The notes beneath the pieces were generated by a model. The model was not told where the DNA came from. It saw only the letters and a program-made list of their open reading frames with translations, and did no database searches. A stretch of DNA of 44,343 nt from Klebsormidium nitens (taxonomy: Eukaryota; Plantae; Klebsormidiophyceae). The DNA is taken from positions 1-44,343 of the forward strand of contig DF237634.1 in the NCBI GenBank assembly GCA_000708835.1, read 5' to 3'. Each line of letters opens with the position of its first letter. The first letter of the stretch is position 1. Of the stretch, positions 1 to 10,800 are shown piece after piece. The translations under genes and the position numbers were made by a program.

Positions 1-525
1 GAAAGCAACTCCCATGCAATCAAGATGCTAGATTGCTTGTAGCTCGCAGGTTTCTTTAAAATTGTGGGTATGTAGATTTGACTCGGGATTTCTGCCAATC
101 ACAGTCTGCAGCATGGTGATACGCTTGCATGCTTATCCTTCGAGGAGATGATGATGACACTTTTCCGCATGTTTGGAATCCGATGTCGTTACCATAATTG
201 TCGTAAAAGTATTTGTCTTTGGATGCCTCACGTATCCATTGGGAACGCTCTGCCGAATTCCATATCAGATTCCCGCCCACCAATGATTTAGTTGCGCGAT
301 GATACCAAAGGCCGCATGTCACAAAGATTTAACAACGAACAGAAGGCACTACATAGGAGGAGCATCAGGGAGAACATACACACACATGTGCATCATGACT
401 TGGAATTGGGTTCGTGGTGAGGTGCAAAATTCCACGCTTTTTCTTATTGCTCTTGTTCCTATGGATACCAACTCTCCAGCAGACCGACTGTCCACGTGCT
501 TGTAGTTGCGAGGAATTGTAACAAG

Positions 526-3394
526 CTAATCGTCATCACGGAACTCCCTGCAAGGAGAGTTAGACAAATCGATCAGCACGTTGTTAGGGGATCCGGATCG
601 GGCACTCTTGTGGTTCCACAGTGATGTGCTCAAGGATAGGATGCTTCCATCGTGCAACCATCACTGTTGATGTATCCTTGTAGCGTCCGGAAGGTAGGGT
701 GAGCCTGATTGTCAATACCATCATACCACCCAAGCAAAGGGTTTGAACGTCCCTGTCCGAAAAACATTTGACGACTTTTGAGACTCCGTTGTCGGACGAT
801 AGGGCACATGGCTGCCAGCAACTGCATACTCGTGGTCATTACGTTTGATTACGATACCTGGATGACTACCGCAACCGACAGCAAACGGGAAATCTGCTCA
901 GAGCGTGCTGAATGTCCGGGTCGGAGTTACACGAAAACACTTTGGGCACCGGTATGAGAGGTCTTGAAATGCAGATTCCTCTAGTCCTTCTTTCACGACA
1001 AAATCCAATGTTGAGGCTTTGATAAGGGTTGGCAGACACGCATGGCCTACTTCGAGTCATTCGAACCTTATCAAAAACCTGCAAGCCTCTTAGCAACTTT
1101 AGCATGTACTTTTACTGTCATGAAGCACCAGATGATCGTAGTGTCCCCATATGCGTTCTTTTGTCGACCTTACTTCCATCCAAATTCCCCCGCGTGTCCA
1201 TGCATTCTGCACAACAGCAAGATGGGGGATGCAAATGGCACATTTTTCCGGTTCGGCTTTCTTGTGTGATCGTTCACATGGATGGAGCGGGCGACTTACC
1301 TGCGGTCTAGGTAACGAGGCTGCACCCCGCTCCCATTGCATGTTGTACAAGTCACGGAGCCATTCCCCTCGCAGTTGATGCACTGGGACTCCTCTTTGGC
1401 CCCCATTCCGAGGTCCACGACAATCACACCCTGACCTTGGCAGAACCGGCAAAGTACTGCACGCCAGGGATTTGTGTTACCATTGTTTCTGCTCAAGGAC
1501 TGGGACTTTGCTATACCATGCAAGCAAAGCATGGTCATCTGGACACACACTACGGCGAATACGAGAGTAAAGTGGCAGATCAAAGGCCAGTGGGGCCGTT
1601 GAAAGAGCAAGAGACGCGAACGCTAGGCTGGGAAGACACAGGGAGAAAGAATCTGACGCCCTCTTTCCCAATTTTGAGTGTTCCAAAACGTTTGCTGCCC
1701 CTTCCACTTAAATCAATCAAGCTTGTCTACTCTACATCCTGAACAAGAAAGTCCAAGAAGCAGGAGCGGTTTGGAATGGTGACGGACGGGTGAAGCTGCG
1801 TTGTGCTTGGCATAGGACATTGAGTAATCTTTGATAACTCCAACCGGAAAGGGAGGAACACGGCCAGCAGCACGGAAAGCCAGTCTGCTTCCGGCCTTCG
1901 TAATAAGCGCCTGTGTTTCGTAAGTATTAGAACTGGCCTGTCAAAGTGGATTGAAAGTGACCCCATCCTAGGGTGAAAAGCTATCTTAGCCTAGAGGCAC
2001 TTCTGGACCAAGATGCAAACAGTGGAAGCTTACGTGAACCGGTTCCTTTGCAGGGAAAGCATGGTTGGTCATTCTCCCTTGATGACTGCAGGGGCCACGA
2101 AAAGCATCACACGTCAGGCGGCAACTTTCAGCACTTTCGTCCAGGATGTTGCACCAATCCGACTTTGAGCAGGGCAAACGCTTTCTGAATTCGATCCTCC
2201 GTTGAAGAGAAATCTAGACAGAGCCTGGGGTCAAGTACGAGATCGCAAGGGGGTCCCACGCTTCATGAATCTCAAGCTGGCAAGAAGTTTACTCATTACT
2301 CGCTCACTCTCCATATGCATCTTTCAACAATTTTGGGGTAGGCAGGCTGCATACGTCATTCTTACTCAACAAACCGCTCGGCCAAAATGCATTCAGCTGA
2401 CAAGTGGTGTACGTGAAGCTGTGAGCGGATTATTAACCCCAGAACAACTCTTCTATCATATTGCCAGCTTCCAAAGAGAGCGAAGTAAGGGACGAAAAGA
2501 AATAAACCCCTGACGAGAAGGACAACAACTCACCGCTCCTTTGACTTGTATCTCATAAAAGACGGGGATTGCAATCCCGGCTGCCAGGCCCGCAATGGCA
2601 GCAGCAACTCCTATGGCCTGCAAAGAGAATCCAATCTTTGAACTTATATGCATTCCGGATGGTATACGACCGGAAGACATTATGCCAACCCTTGCGGAAT
2701 ATATAGCCACGAAATGCACCGCCTGAAGTCATTGTGCACATAGCAACCGATGTGCCAAGAATGCAGCTACCCATGATTTGGGAGCTCCAACTGCGGAAGC
2801 GCTTTTGCTCCGGATTATCGTCCAGGCTTCACATAAGCGCTTCAATGCTTCACATACAAGCCTTGGCAGCACGGCGTGCACTCATGAAGAGTTCACCATT
2901 ACCAAAGTCTGATGCAGGCACAATCAACGCAGACTAGGTAGAGTAGATGACCGACTCAGCTGGCCAAAGCCCCTTCGAATGCAGAGAGAATGATAACAGG
3001 CTTACAGGGCAACAAAGGTGGCAAATTATCGTTCAAAACAGGGTTTGGAAGCGCCTGCAACAGCTCACAGAGTGGCGCCTCAGAAAAGCAACTGGCGCCA
3101 CAATGCCACCAGCGCCTACCATTGGTCCACGATCTGTGTAACTAATGCAAACATTGGGAAGATGCATGCATTCAGAAAGAGAAGCAGGAAAGACAATGCA
3201 GGTCTCACCGTCCCCGAATCTACATCGAGCGCCCTGGGAGCGACAACTCGTCTACAGTGCACCTGGTAAGTGGGTCTAGAAGCTATCTGGGCTGGGGTGG
3301 TAGGCCGCAACCCCTGGAACTGCGAAAAGTTTCTGGATGCCCCTGCGGTGGACACCGGAGCGCTCACGCTTGCTGCCGCCGCAGAAAGTGCCAT
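526..3394 (-). CDS. LQY1: LQY1 (Low Quantum Yield of PSII 1): thylakoid DnaJ-type zinc-finger protein disulfide isomerase, 166 aa, 5 exons
   Basis: Model complement(join(526..547,1300..1456,2034..2085,2534..2617,3209..3394)), all GT-AG, phases consistent, 501 nt. Translation: Ala/Ser-rich transit peptide; TM helix AIGVAAAIAGLAAGIAIPVFYE; RENDQPCFPCKGTG, CRFCQGQG, CINCEGNG, CTTCNGSG (four CxxCxGxG motifs); C-terminus VQPRYLDRREFRDDD, which matches the LQY1 family as I recall it. Confidence 0.95.
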
Positions 3395-3637
3395 CCTACC
3401 TCACCTCCCTAATTGACTGTGTGACTGGCAGCGCCCTCCAGGACGCTTTTTTGTTGCAATGCAGGGTCCTGATGTTGTTCTTATGTGCAGCTTTGTAAAA
3501 GGACACTCTACAGGCCCAAACCTACCTCCCCTGGAACCGTGTCCTGGGACCTCAGATACCTACCAGGTATCTACAAGAGCCACATCAACCTCAAGGCTCA
3601 AGAGCGTCTTTCCCCCATCTCCTGCCCACTTCTCAGC

Positions 3638-4114
3638 TCAGCTCTTTTCTTTCTCACAATGGGTACAACGCTGCATTGCATTTTCAGGTTTGCAGCTCTG
3701 GCTTGCTGCTGAGCAGAACTTCGGACGTCTGAAGTCGTAAGACATTGCATCGGACGGCATACGATTCTTGCATATTTCGGATGAGCCGTAGATACTTACC
3801 TTTGATATCGTGGAAGAATCGTAGGCGCCAAGAGTCTTAGTGGTTGGCCCATCGACGTCTCTCAAAGTTCACAAAGCCAGGAATGTCATCCGTCCAAGCT
3901 TCAACGTATCCTCTCTAGACCGTAGGATGAACTCCAAGTCTGCTTCTACACGTCTGATTTCGACCGTTCGACCGTTGAGTTCATCAATCGTACCCAGGTA
4001 GCTTTCTCGACCCAGGGCCAACGAGATCTCGCTTGTGGCTGTCTTCCTCTCTCCTCCTCTGTCTCCTAGCAAATTTTCTGGGCGCCTCATCTTGTCTGCC
4101 TCTTTTGTAGCCAT
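3638..4114 (-). pseudogene. Possible decayed ORF (two in-frame ORFs separated by one TGA) between the divergent LQY1 and Myb/SANT genes
   Basis: ORFs 3869..4114 and 3638..3865 are in the same frame, with a single stop at 3869-3871. The segment LGTIDELNGRTVEIRRVEADLEFILRSREDTLKL looks protein-like, but no family is recognised. Confidence 0.2.
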
Positions 4115-4424
4115 AGCCCTAGGATAACGTAGGTGTCACTTGTGTCTGCTATCTCCCCTTTCTCCTGGCCGAACCTTGCCGCTGTTAGCAACTTCGCGGT
4201 CCGCAACAAAAGTTTGAAAGGCAAGACGAGACTTTGGGCACGCTTGTGAATGATCCCAAGTGACTCGTTGCAAGCTCAGTCGAAAATCTTAAATCCGAGT
4301 TCCCCACCCGGAAAGCTTCCATCCAGTGCCAGTGGTTGCTACTTGCACGCAGAGCTCCAATTGCATTGCGAGGAAGGCTTCAGCGTGTTCCCTGTCTCCC
4401 CTCACGGCAGCTATAGATTTCCAC

Positions 4425-6961
4425 ATGGCCGAGTTGATAGGGGAGGGCCGCCCCCCTGAGGAAGACTTTATCGTCTCGGTGGCAAATGGGCCCGGCTTTG
4501 AGGACCAAGAACCTTTTGGAGGTGGGCAGGAAGGGCACGACGGGGGCGGGGATGAGGGGGACGATGACACATTTTTCACGGAACGGCGCCTCAAGACGCT
4601 GCTGCGGAAAGAGCAGGAGATGGACAAGCAGAAGGTTGGAGCGAGCCGGGGGCCGCAGAAGTGGGTGCTCATCCGGGAGGCGTGCGTGAAGGAGGACCGC
4701 AGCTTTGAGCAGAAGACGCCGGTGCAGCTGGCGGAGGGCTTTAGGAACAGAAAGAAAAAGTGCTTGGTGAGCAGCACAGGGCAATTGTGCCAGTTTTGCT
4801 GGATGCTCTGCGATTCTGCCGAGTCACTTTATTTCGTTGAGCGTGCTGTGCTTGTGAGCTTCTGTGTCACGGTAAGCTGAGGGTAAGTCCTGCTGGCACG
4901 GTTTGCTGCGGTTTGCTTTTTCCAAATTGCTGAAAAATGATTTGAAGGCGTCCGTTTAGCCTCAACAACCGCAAAATTAGCAGGCGGCAGCATGGGCAAG
5001 GCTTCACACAGAAGCGCGCAATTTGATTGACCGCAGTGTTGGGTTGGCAACACGATACATTCATACCGGCCAAACTTGTTTGGAAGAAGTTTTGAATTGG
5101 TAAGTGCAAGAAGGACAAGGTTGGCATTCTGGCAGGCCCGTTGCAGTTGCTGCAGTGCTTTGCACAAAGCTTGGTATTCTGGAGTTCCTTGTGCTGCTGC
5201 AGAGTGTGGAAGGTAATACTCAAAATCTATAAGCCAGTGTTCATCTGCAGCAGTATGGTGCGCCAACAGCTTGGGGCTGGAGTGCCACTCACGATGAATC
5301 TCATTGTCCTCAAGCTTTTCGAACCTGGCCTGGTTTTGGCACCTCATTGCACTCAAATCTGGCGCCGCATACCATCTCGTGGGAGGCTAAGTTCTTTGAC
5401 AAGTGTGCCGTACTGGATTTGAAAGCTTGGATTCAGAAGCGGCGATTGTACTTCGCAAGCAGCCATAGCAGCCTATCGCAGGCAGGTCTGCATCTCGTGG
5501 TGGCGGCCTGGAGTACTGGTTCCTAGCACTTTCAGTAGGAGCAGCACCAATGGAGAGCGCTACCGTTTCTCCAGCCACGCATTCAACTGAAGACTGGTAA
5601 TAAAGAAGCTTCTTTGCGCACCTGCACCGCAATCTTGGTATTGATTGTGCCTGCCGCCGGCCCACTCATGGCGCAGTGGCCCTTGAAGACCCTGTTCTTC
5701 ACATCCTGATCATCTTGAGCTTTGTTCCGGCTCGTCAACCGCTAGCATCTGCAACTCTTCATATGGACTTCCTGTCGTCTCTTAGGCTGCGGTTTTTGTT
5801 ACCACATTATTCAATGTACTCTTTCGTTCAACTTCTGCATTGAATCGCTGCAGCCCGTTGTACCTCAAGCTCTGTTGGAAGAGTGTGCGCCAACATGCCC
5901 GCAATGTATATGCACACAGCACTTGCGTGGGGGTTCTCCAACGCAGACCAGGAGATGTTCGTGGTTTTGTTCCGAAGCAATCAAGACTTGCTCTTGTTTG
6001 GAAATCAGGCGGAAGTTTGTTGAGATTGGAAGTCACATCCGACTTTGAAACCGCTCTCCTTCCTATGCTCATGGCAGAAGGGCTGCATATATCTGTTGGT
6101 GGCTTCCAGCATGTTTCTGATATGAGTGGATGTCTGCCGCTGATTGACCTGATTGCTGTCCAAACACTGCCATTGGTGTAGCGTTCAGCACCCCAAGAGA
6201 GAGTTCCTCTTAATAGGTGCCCGCGCTTGCTGAGGGAGTTTAGTGACGGTTGAGATTGGGTGACTGTTTGACATACAGACTATCTGTCACCGGTGGCCTC
6301 TCCTTTCACACAACCGCCACCCCAACTCATTGCGTTCTTCGTAAGCTTTGCTGAGTTGGTCCTCTCCGTCCTCTTTGTTTCACGGCTCATTCCGAAAGTC
6401 CAAGAAGATGCGTGTCATCCGAAGCCTCTCCTTCTCAGTCCCGGGTCTTTGCTCTTGCAGCGCTACACGCACGCCCTGGAGGCAGCAGGGGGCGGCCAGC
6501 CGACGACCGCGTCAGGTCTGCAGATGAAGAAGCCGGCATACTACGACCTCTTCCTTAGCTACGGGCACATCAGCCATGACCACATCCAGGGGGCTTCAAA
6601 ACCCATGGTCCTTCCAATGGGGGTTAACCGGGGAAACGGCAAGCGGAAATCTACAGGCGACATCGGGGGCGGGGGCAAGTTGCCACGGCTTGGGGGTGGG
6701 GAGATCACCGATGCGCAGCTGCGGCAGTTCGTGATGCAGAGTCGGGAAGAGGTGGTGCAGCTCCGGCGAGACATGGCGCAGGAGCGGGCCGAGCATAGCC
6801 GTCAGCTCGGGGAGGTAACCCAGGAACTGAGGACTCTGAGCGCCGTGCTGGTGCAGCAAGGAAATGAGCTGATACAGCAGGGCCGGCAGATGCTGCTGCT
6901 TGTGCAGCGGCAGGGGGATAACCTTATGGGGGTGCTGGAGAAGTTGGGGAACCGCTACTGA
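4425..6961 (+). CDS. Myb/SANT-like (trihelix/MADF-type) DNA-binding protein with C-terminal coiled coil, 280 aa, 2 exons
   Basis: join(4425..4766,6461..6961); donor TTG|gtgagc, acceptor ctcttgcag|CGC, phase 0. The pattern FFTERRLKTLL...KWVLIREAC...KTPVQLAEGFRNRKKKCLRY...PAYYDLF resembles Myb/SANT-like domains. It is preceded by an acidic Gly-rich linker and followed by KRK (NLS-like) and a Gln/Leu heptad region. Exons are clearly GC-richer than the intron. Confidence 0.7.
4829..6200 (-). pseudogene. Decayed antisense coding remnant inside the 1.7-kb intron of the Myb/SANT gene (transposase-like origin suspected)
   Basis: Contains a 175-aa open frame (4829..5356) plus stop-interrupted frames up to about 6200, including HRKESGFKVGCDFQ (6026-6067). 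That motif loosely recalls the KKxGC motif of WRKY-GCM1/FAR1-type zinc fingers in MULE transposases. No catalytic motif was identified. Confidence 0.25.
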
Positions 6962-7862
6962 GGCGGTCGTGCGGTGGTTTGTATAGTAAGATGCTTCAAA
7001 GATTGTTGGTATTGTATGAAATGGGACAACGGAATGTTGGAAACCATTTTCACATCTTCGTTTAATCCGTGCTTGCTTTTTGGGGTGATTCTTGTGCTTT
7101 CGTTCTGCCGTCTTGAAGAGCAAGGTTGTCGTTAGCTGTCGTGTTTTGACCCTCGGCTTATGTCTGATTCGTCCTTTGTCGGGTCCAGCTTTGTCGGCAT
7201 GGTTAGACCCCTTCGAGCATGCTTCGGTTGGGAATGACACATTTGTGTCCACAGCGTTGGTCCAATGCATAGTGACGTTTAAAGCCCCTCTTTCAACTCT
7301 GTCATGACTGATGCCTGCCATGCTTGATTGGCAAGTTGCTTATTCATGTTTACCACGTACAACAAGGGTTTCGTTCTTAGCCAAGCGGCCCATGTGGTAT
7401 TTTATCGGTGGTGGGTCGATCCATACAAACAACGTGAATGCATTGCTGCAGTTGATCTGCTTGCTCAAGCCAAAGCGCCGACGAACGGGTATACAAAAGC
7501 CGGGATGTTCGCATCCTGATGAGCTATACATCTACCTAAACGGCATGTTCATTGTCTGGACCTCGACTTCTTGCATGCTTGCAATCTGCATGCGAGCCTG
7601 AATGTGTGACCCAGACCGCCGCGGCGCTGGCACTTCTGACTCAGTTCGTGCCAGCCAGACTCAGGCCCGGCCGGACCTAGCATGGTCCACTCCGCTCTAG
7701 ATCTAGGTGTGGTCGTTTGATTTGGCCGATTTGGCGCGTTAGATGGATCGGTTCAGGGATCGAAGATGCAACGACGTAAGCCGTCGATTCTACGTCGACA
7801 GCTTCAACTTTATAGTGATAAATTTGCATGACTCATGCATGAGTCGAAACAGTTTGAAGGTG

Positions 7863-10800
7863 ATGAGCGCAATGGGCGCAGGGAGCATCAGCAGCTGTGA
7901 TGCGGGGTGGGTGGTGGCTGCTCTGAGCGCGCTTTTTGCGGTGGGACAATTTTTACTCTTGTCAAAGCGAACGCAGCAACTGCAGGAGCGTCTGAGCAAG
8001 GAGGAAAAGGAGAGAGCGGCAGAGCGAGCGGGCCGCATTCGAGCGCAGAAGGCGAGTTAGCTGAGCCGGATGTTCTTTCTTGTAGCTGTTCTTCTTTCGT
8101 TTGCATTACTTCCTGCTTTGGAGTCTTAAGTGAGTGCTTGCATTCCTGAAATTTCATGTGGATTGGTTGCATTTTGAAAGATGGACGAGGTTGAAGGGTG
8201 GTGGAGCAGACTTGATTGTTGAAAGGCGGTGCAGCACACTAGGTTGTTTTAGCAAGGAACGAACCACCACCTCCTGCATCAAGTGTACAGCAAGAGGCAC
8301 ACTTGGTTGCAATTGGTGGTATTAAGGCTGCCACTGTGGACAATTTGCTCGTTGAATGAGAGCTGATGACGCAAGTGGTGTAATAAAGTATTACAGCCAG
8401 TATGGTATCATTTGTGAAAGTCTGAAAAGAGCATGCCAGTGCTGTTGTAAACAGGACGGTACGACTGTGGTCTCAGGCCGATTACAGCAACTCATGGACT
8501 CAGATGAGACCTGAACTTGGATAGGGGACTATGCTCCCTTTTGGATTGCTGGGAGCCTTGCTGAGTGCAAGGTTAAAAGGAAAAGCACATTTTGAGCTTA
8601 TGCCAACTTCGCCCCAGGATTGCAAAGCAAGCCAACCTCATCGAAGCAGCTCATGTGTCGTCATGCACTCGTATTGATGCCCTCTCCACTGTCTCCCTTT
8701 GTACATAGTTCCAAGGGTTCTTTCCTAAGAACCGCTCTTCCTTTAAGCAGATTCAGCAGAGGTGCAGGTCAAAACACAACTGCTGTCTAAGACGACACCG
8801 TTCTAGTCAAAGCAGGGCTGGGCTTTGACTTGTTTGAAGCTTGTTCTTTACGCCCTGAGACAAGATGGACTTCTTTCTCCATTTTACAACTAACCCGGTG
8901 GAAACTAGTCAGGGTCTAATCTTTGAAATGATATCCACTGGTGCTGCAGGAGTTGAGAGAGAAAGTCGTTCCAGCTGGGACCGAGGGAGTGTCTGCCAGT
9001 TACCCGTTCACCCCAATTGGCACCCTCCGCTCGTGCTTCTCCACCAGGTTGGTTGCGGTTCTTTGTCTCTGCTTGTCCACAGGTCCTTGTGCTTACTTCT
9101 TTTGATTGCCCCCTTCTGAATCTCAGCTGTTTTTCCCCGCTGCTTATCCCTGCCTCTACTTCATCATGAGTCTGAATCTGCATTGTCTCTCTTGTTTTGG
9201 ACCCGCCAGCTCTTTACTTCCCTTAGTAGGATCATCTGGTGTGCCTATGTAGCTGCCGCTCCTACAAAGTCAGGCACATTGCAATGAGCGGCTGGGCAGT
9301 GGGCAGAGACTGAACTGAGAACTTTAGACTCGGAGCAATAATTTGAAACAATATTATCTAATTGTGGCCATGAGTGTCATCTTGCAGAACACATCGTACA
9401 CTACTTGAATGGTTCCAGTTGATGAATTTTAGACAAAGAATCTGGTGCGCAATCAGTCGTGCTTTGTTTGGCATGAATGTCTGGCTGCAAAACATCCGGT
9501 CAGCTCTCAAAGGCTTCGTTTAGACATGCTTCCCCTCTGCTCTGAATCGTTCCCTCGGAGTCTTTTACGTGTGCATCATATATGCAAGAAGTGCGATACG
9601 AAGAACCAAGAAACACTGAAGAACATTCTTGACTGCTTCAGCGAAGAATCCTGACACTATCCGACATCCCGACCAGGAATGGCACCCCACGGCAACCGCT
9701 GTTGGTGCCACTCTCGCGGGCGCGCCTGACGCTGACACCTGGCGGCGTGCCGGCGATGGCGCTGGAAGGCCTGGCGCAGTACAGCCACTGCTGGGTGCTG
9801 TACGTCTTCCACGAAAACACGGACCTCGGGCGGCTGTGGACGGACCCAGACAATAAGAACTTCAGAGCGAAGGTGAGGCCAACTAAGGAGAATACTTTGG
9901 CTCGCGGCATTAGTCGGAGGTTTCAGGGGTTGGGGTGCTTCAAGTTTGTCGGGTTTCTAGTCGTTTGATTTTGAGAGATATCTTGTCCGTTTTAGTATCT
10001 GCATCCGTCAGGACGAGTTGACCGTTCTGGTGCTGAGCGCCGATGGATATGAACCTCGTCCGGTCACATGGTCCCGACAAAGCGCATGTGCTTTGCATGT
10101 CAGTCAGCTCGTTCTGAAATGCACAAGCTGGGCTGCTTTGCAACGGCCTCCTCCGTCGAGCACACACCCTCCTCCTAGATTTTCTGGCGAGGTATGTAGA
10201 AGTCCAGACCCTCAATGCTGCTCCGTTATGCCAACGTCTCTCTGGTGCCCTTCTTTCTGCTCCATCTGTTTCCTTCTTCATTTCGTGTGTAATGCTTGGT
10301 CTCAGACTCCTGGTTGAAGGCAAAGACGACGAGAAGCGTTCATTGGGCAGCGGCGCCCACATATGGATGACTTGGGACAATTCGACTCGGAGCCGACTGG
10401 ATCAAATTTACTGCGTGATAACAGTCCTAGCTCCTGAATTGGCACCGCTTCTCTGTTAGGTCGCTTTGAGGAACGTAATCCTTGTTTCGTTTGTCAGCAA
10501 GTTCCGTGGCATCCCGTTCGTGGAAAATCACGAACTTGTCGCTAAGTACCTCGCAACATTTTCTGTATGTTGCTATGCTTTGCACGAGCTTGTCGCAAAG
10601 GATTCCTTGTCAACCTGGGCTTCAAGCGAAGAGTCCATGGCCTGGAAGGTATGACTTGATGCGGCCAGCCGGAATACGGGGCTTGTCTATTTCCTGACGT
10701 TATTAGTTGTGACATGGAGTCGCGACCTGAAATGAAGTTATTTTGGCTGCCCCTTTGCGCACCCTCCCCTCTTTGCTTAGTCTGCGCCGCCACTCAGTTT

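Noticed and set aside
56-839. Minus-strand ORFs 56..322 and 630..839 with somewhat protein-like translations
   Set aside because: One lies in LQY1 intron 4 and the other downstream of its stop. Both are short, with no recognisable motif or splice support.
3261-3263. Alternative LQY1 exon 1 donor (CAG|gtgcac)
   Set aside because: The donor at 3208 (ACG|gtgaga) is stronger and retains ALDVDSGT, which aligns with the LQY1 mature N-terminus.
3640-3720. CKPENAMQRCTHC as a MYND zinc finger
   Set aside because: The required downstream YCSxxCQ..W motif is absent in all frames.
6293-6460. N-terminal 56 codons of the 222-aa ORF in the track
   Set aside because: Pyrimidine-rich intron tail ending in the acceptor at 6460; the real exon starts at 6461.
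7743-7862. Upstream in-frame ATG extension of TrmO exon 1
   Set aside because: AT-richer, UTR-like sequence. 7863 (or 7872) is the more plausible start, though this is not proven.
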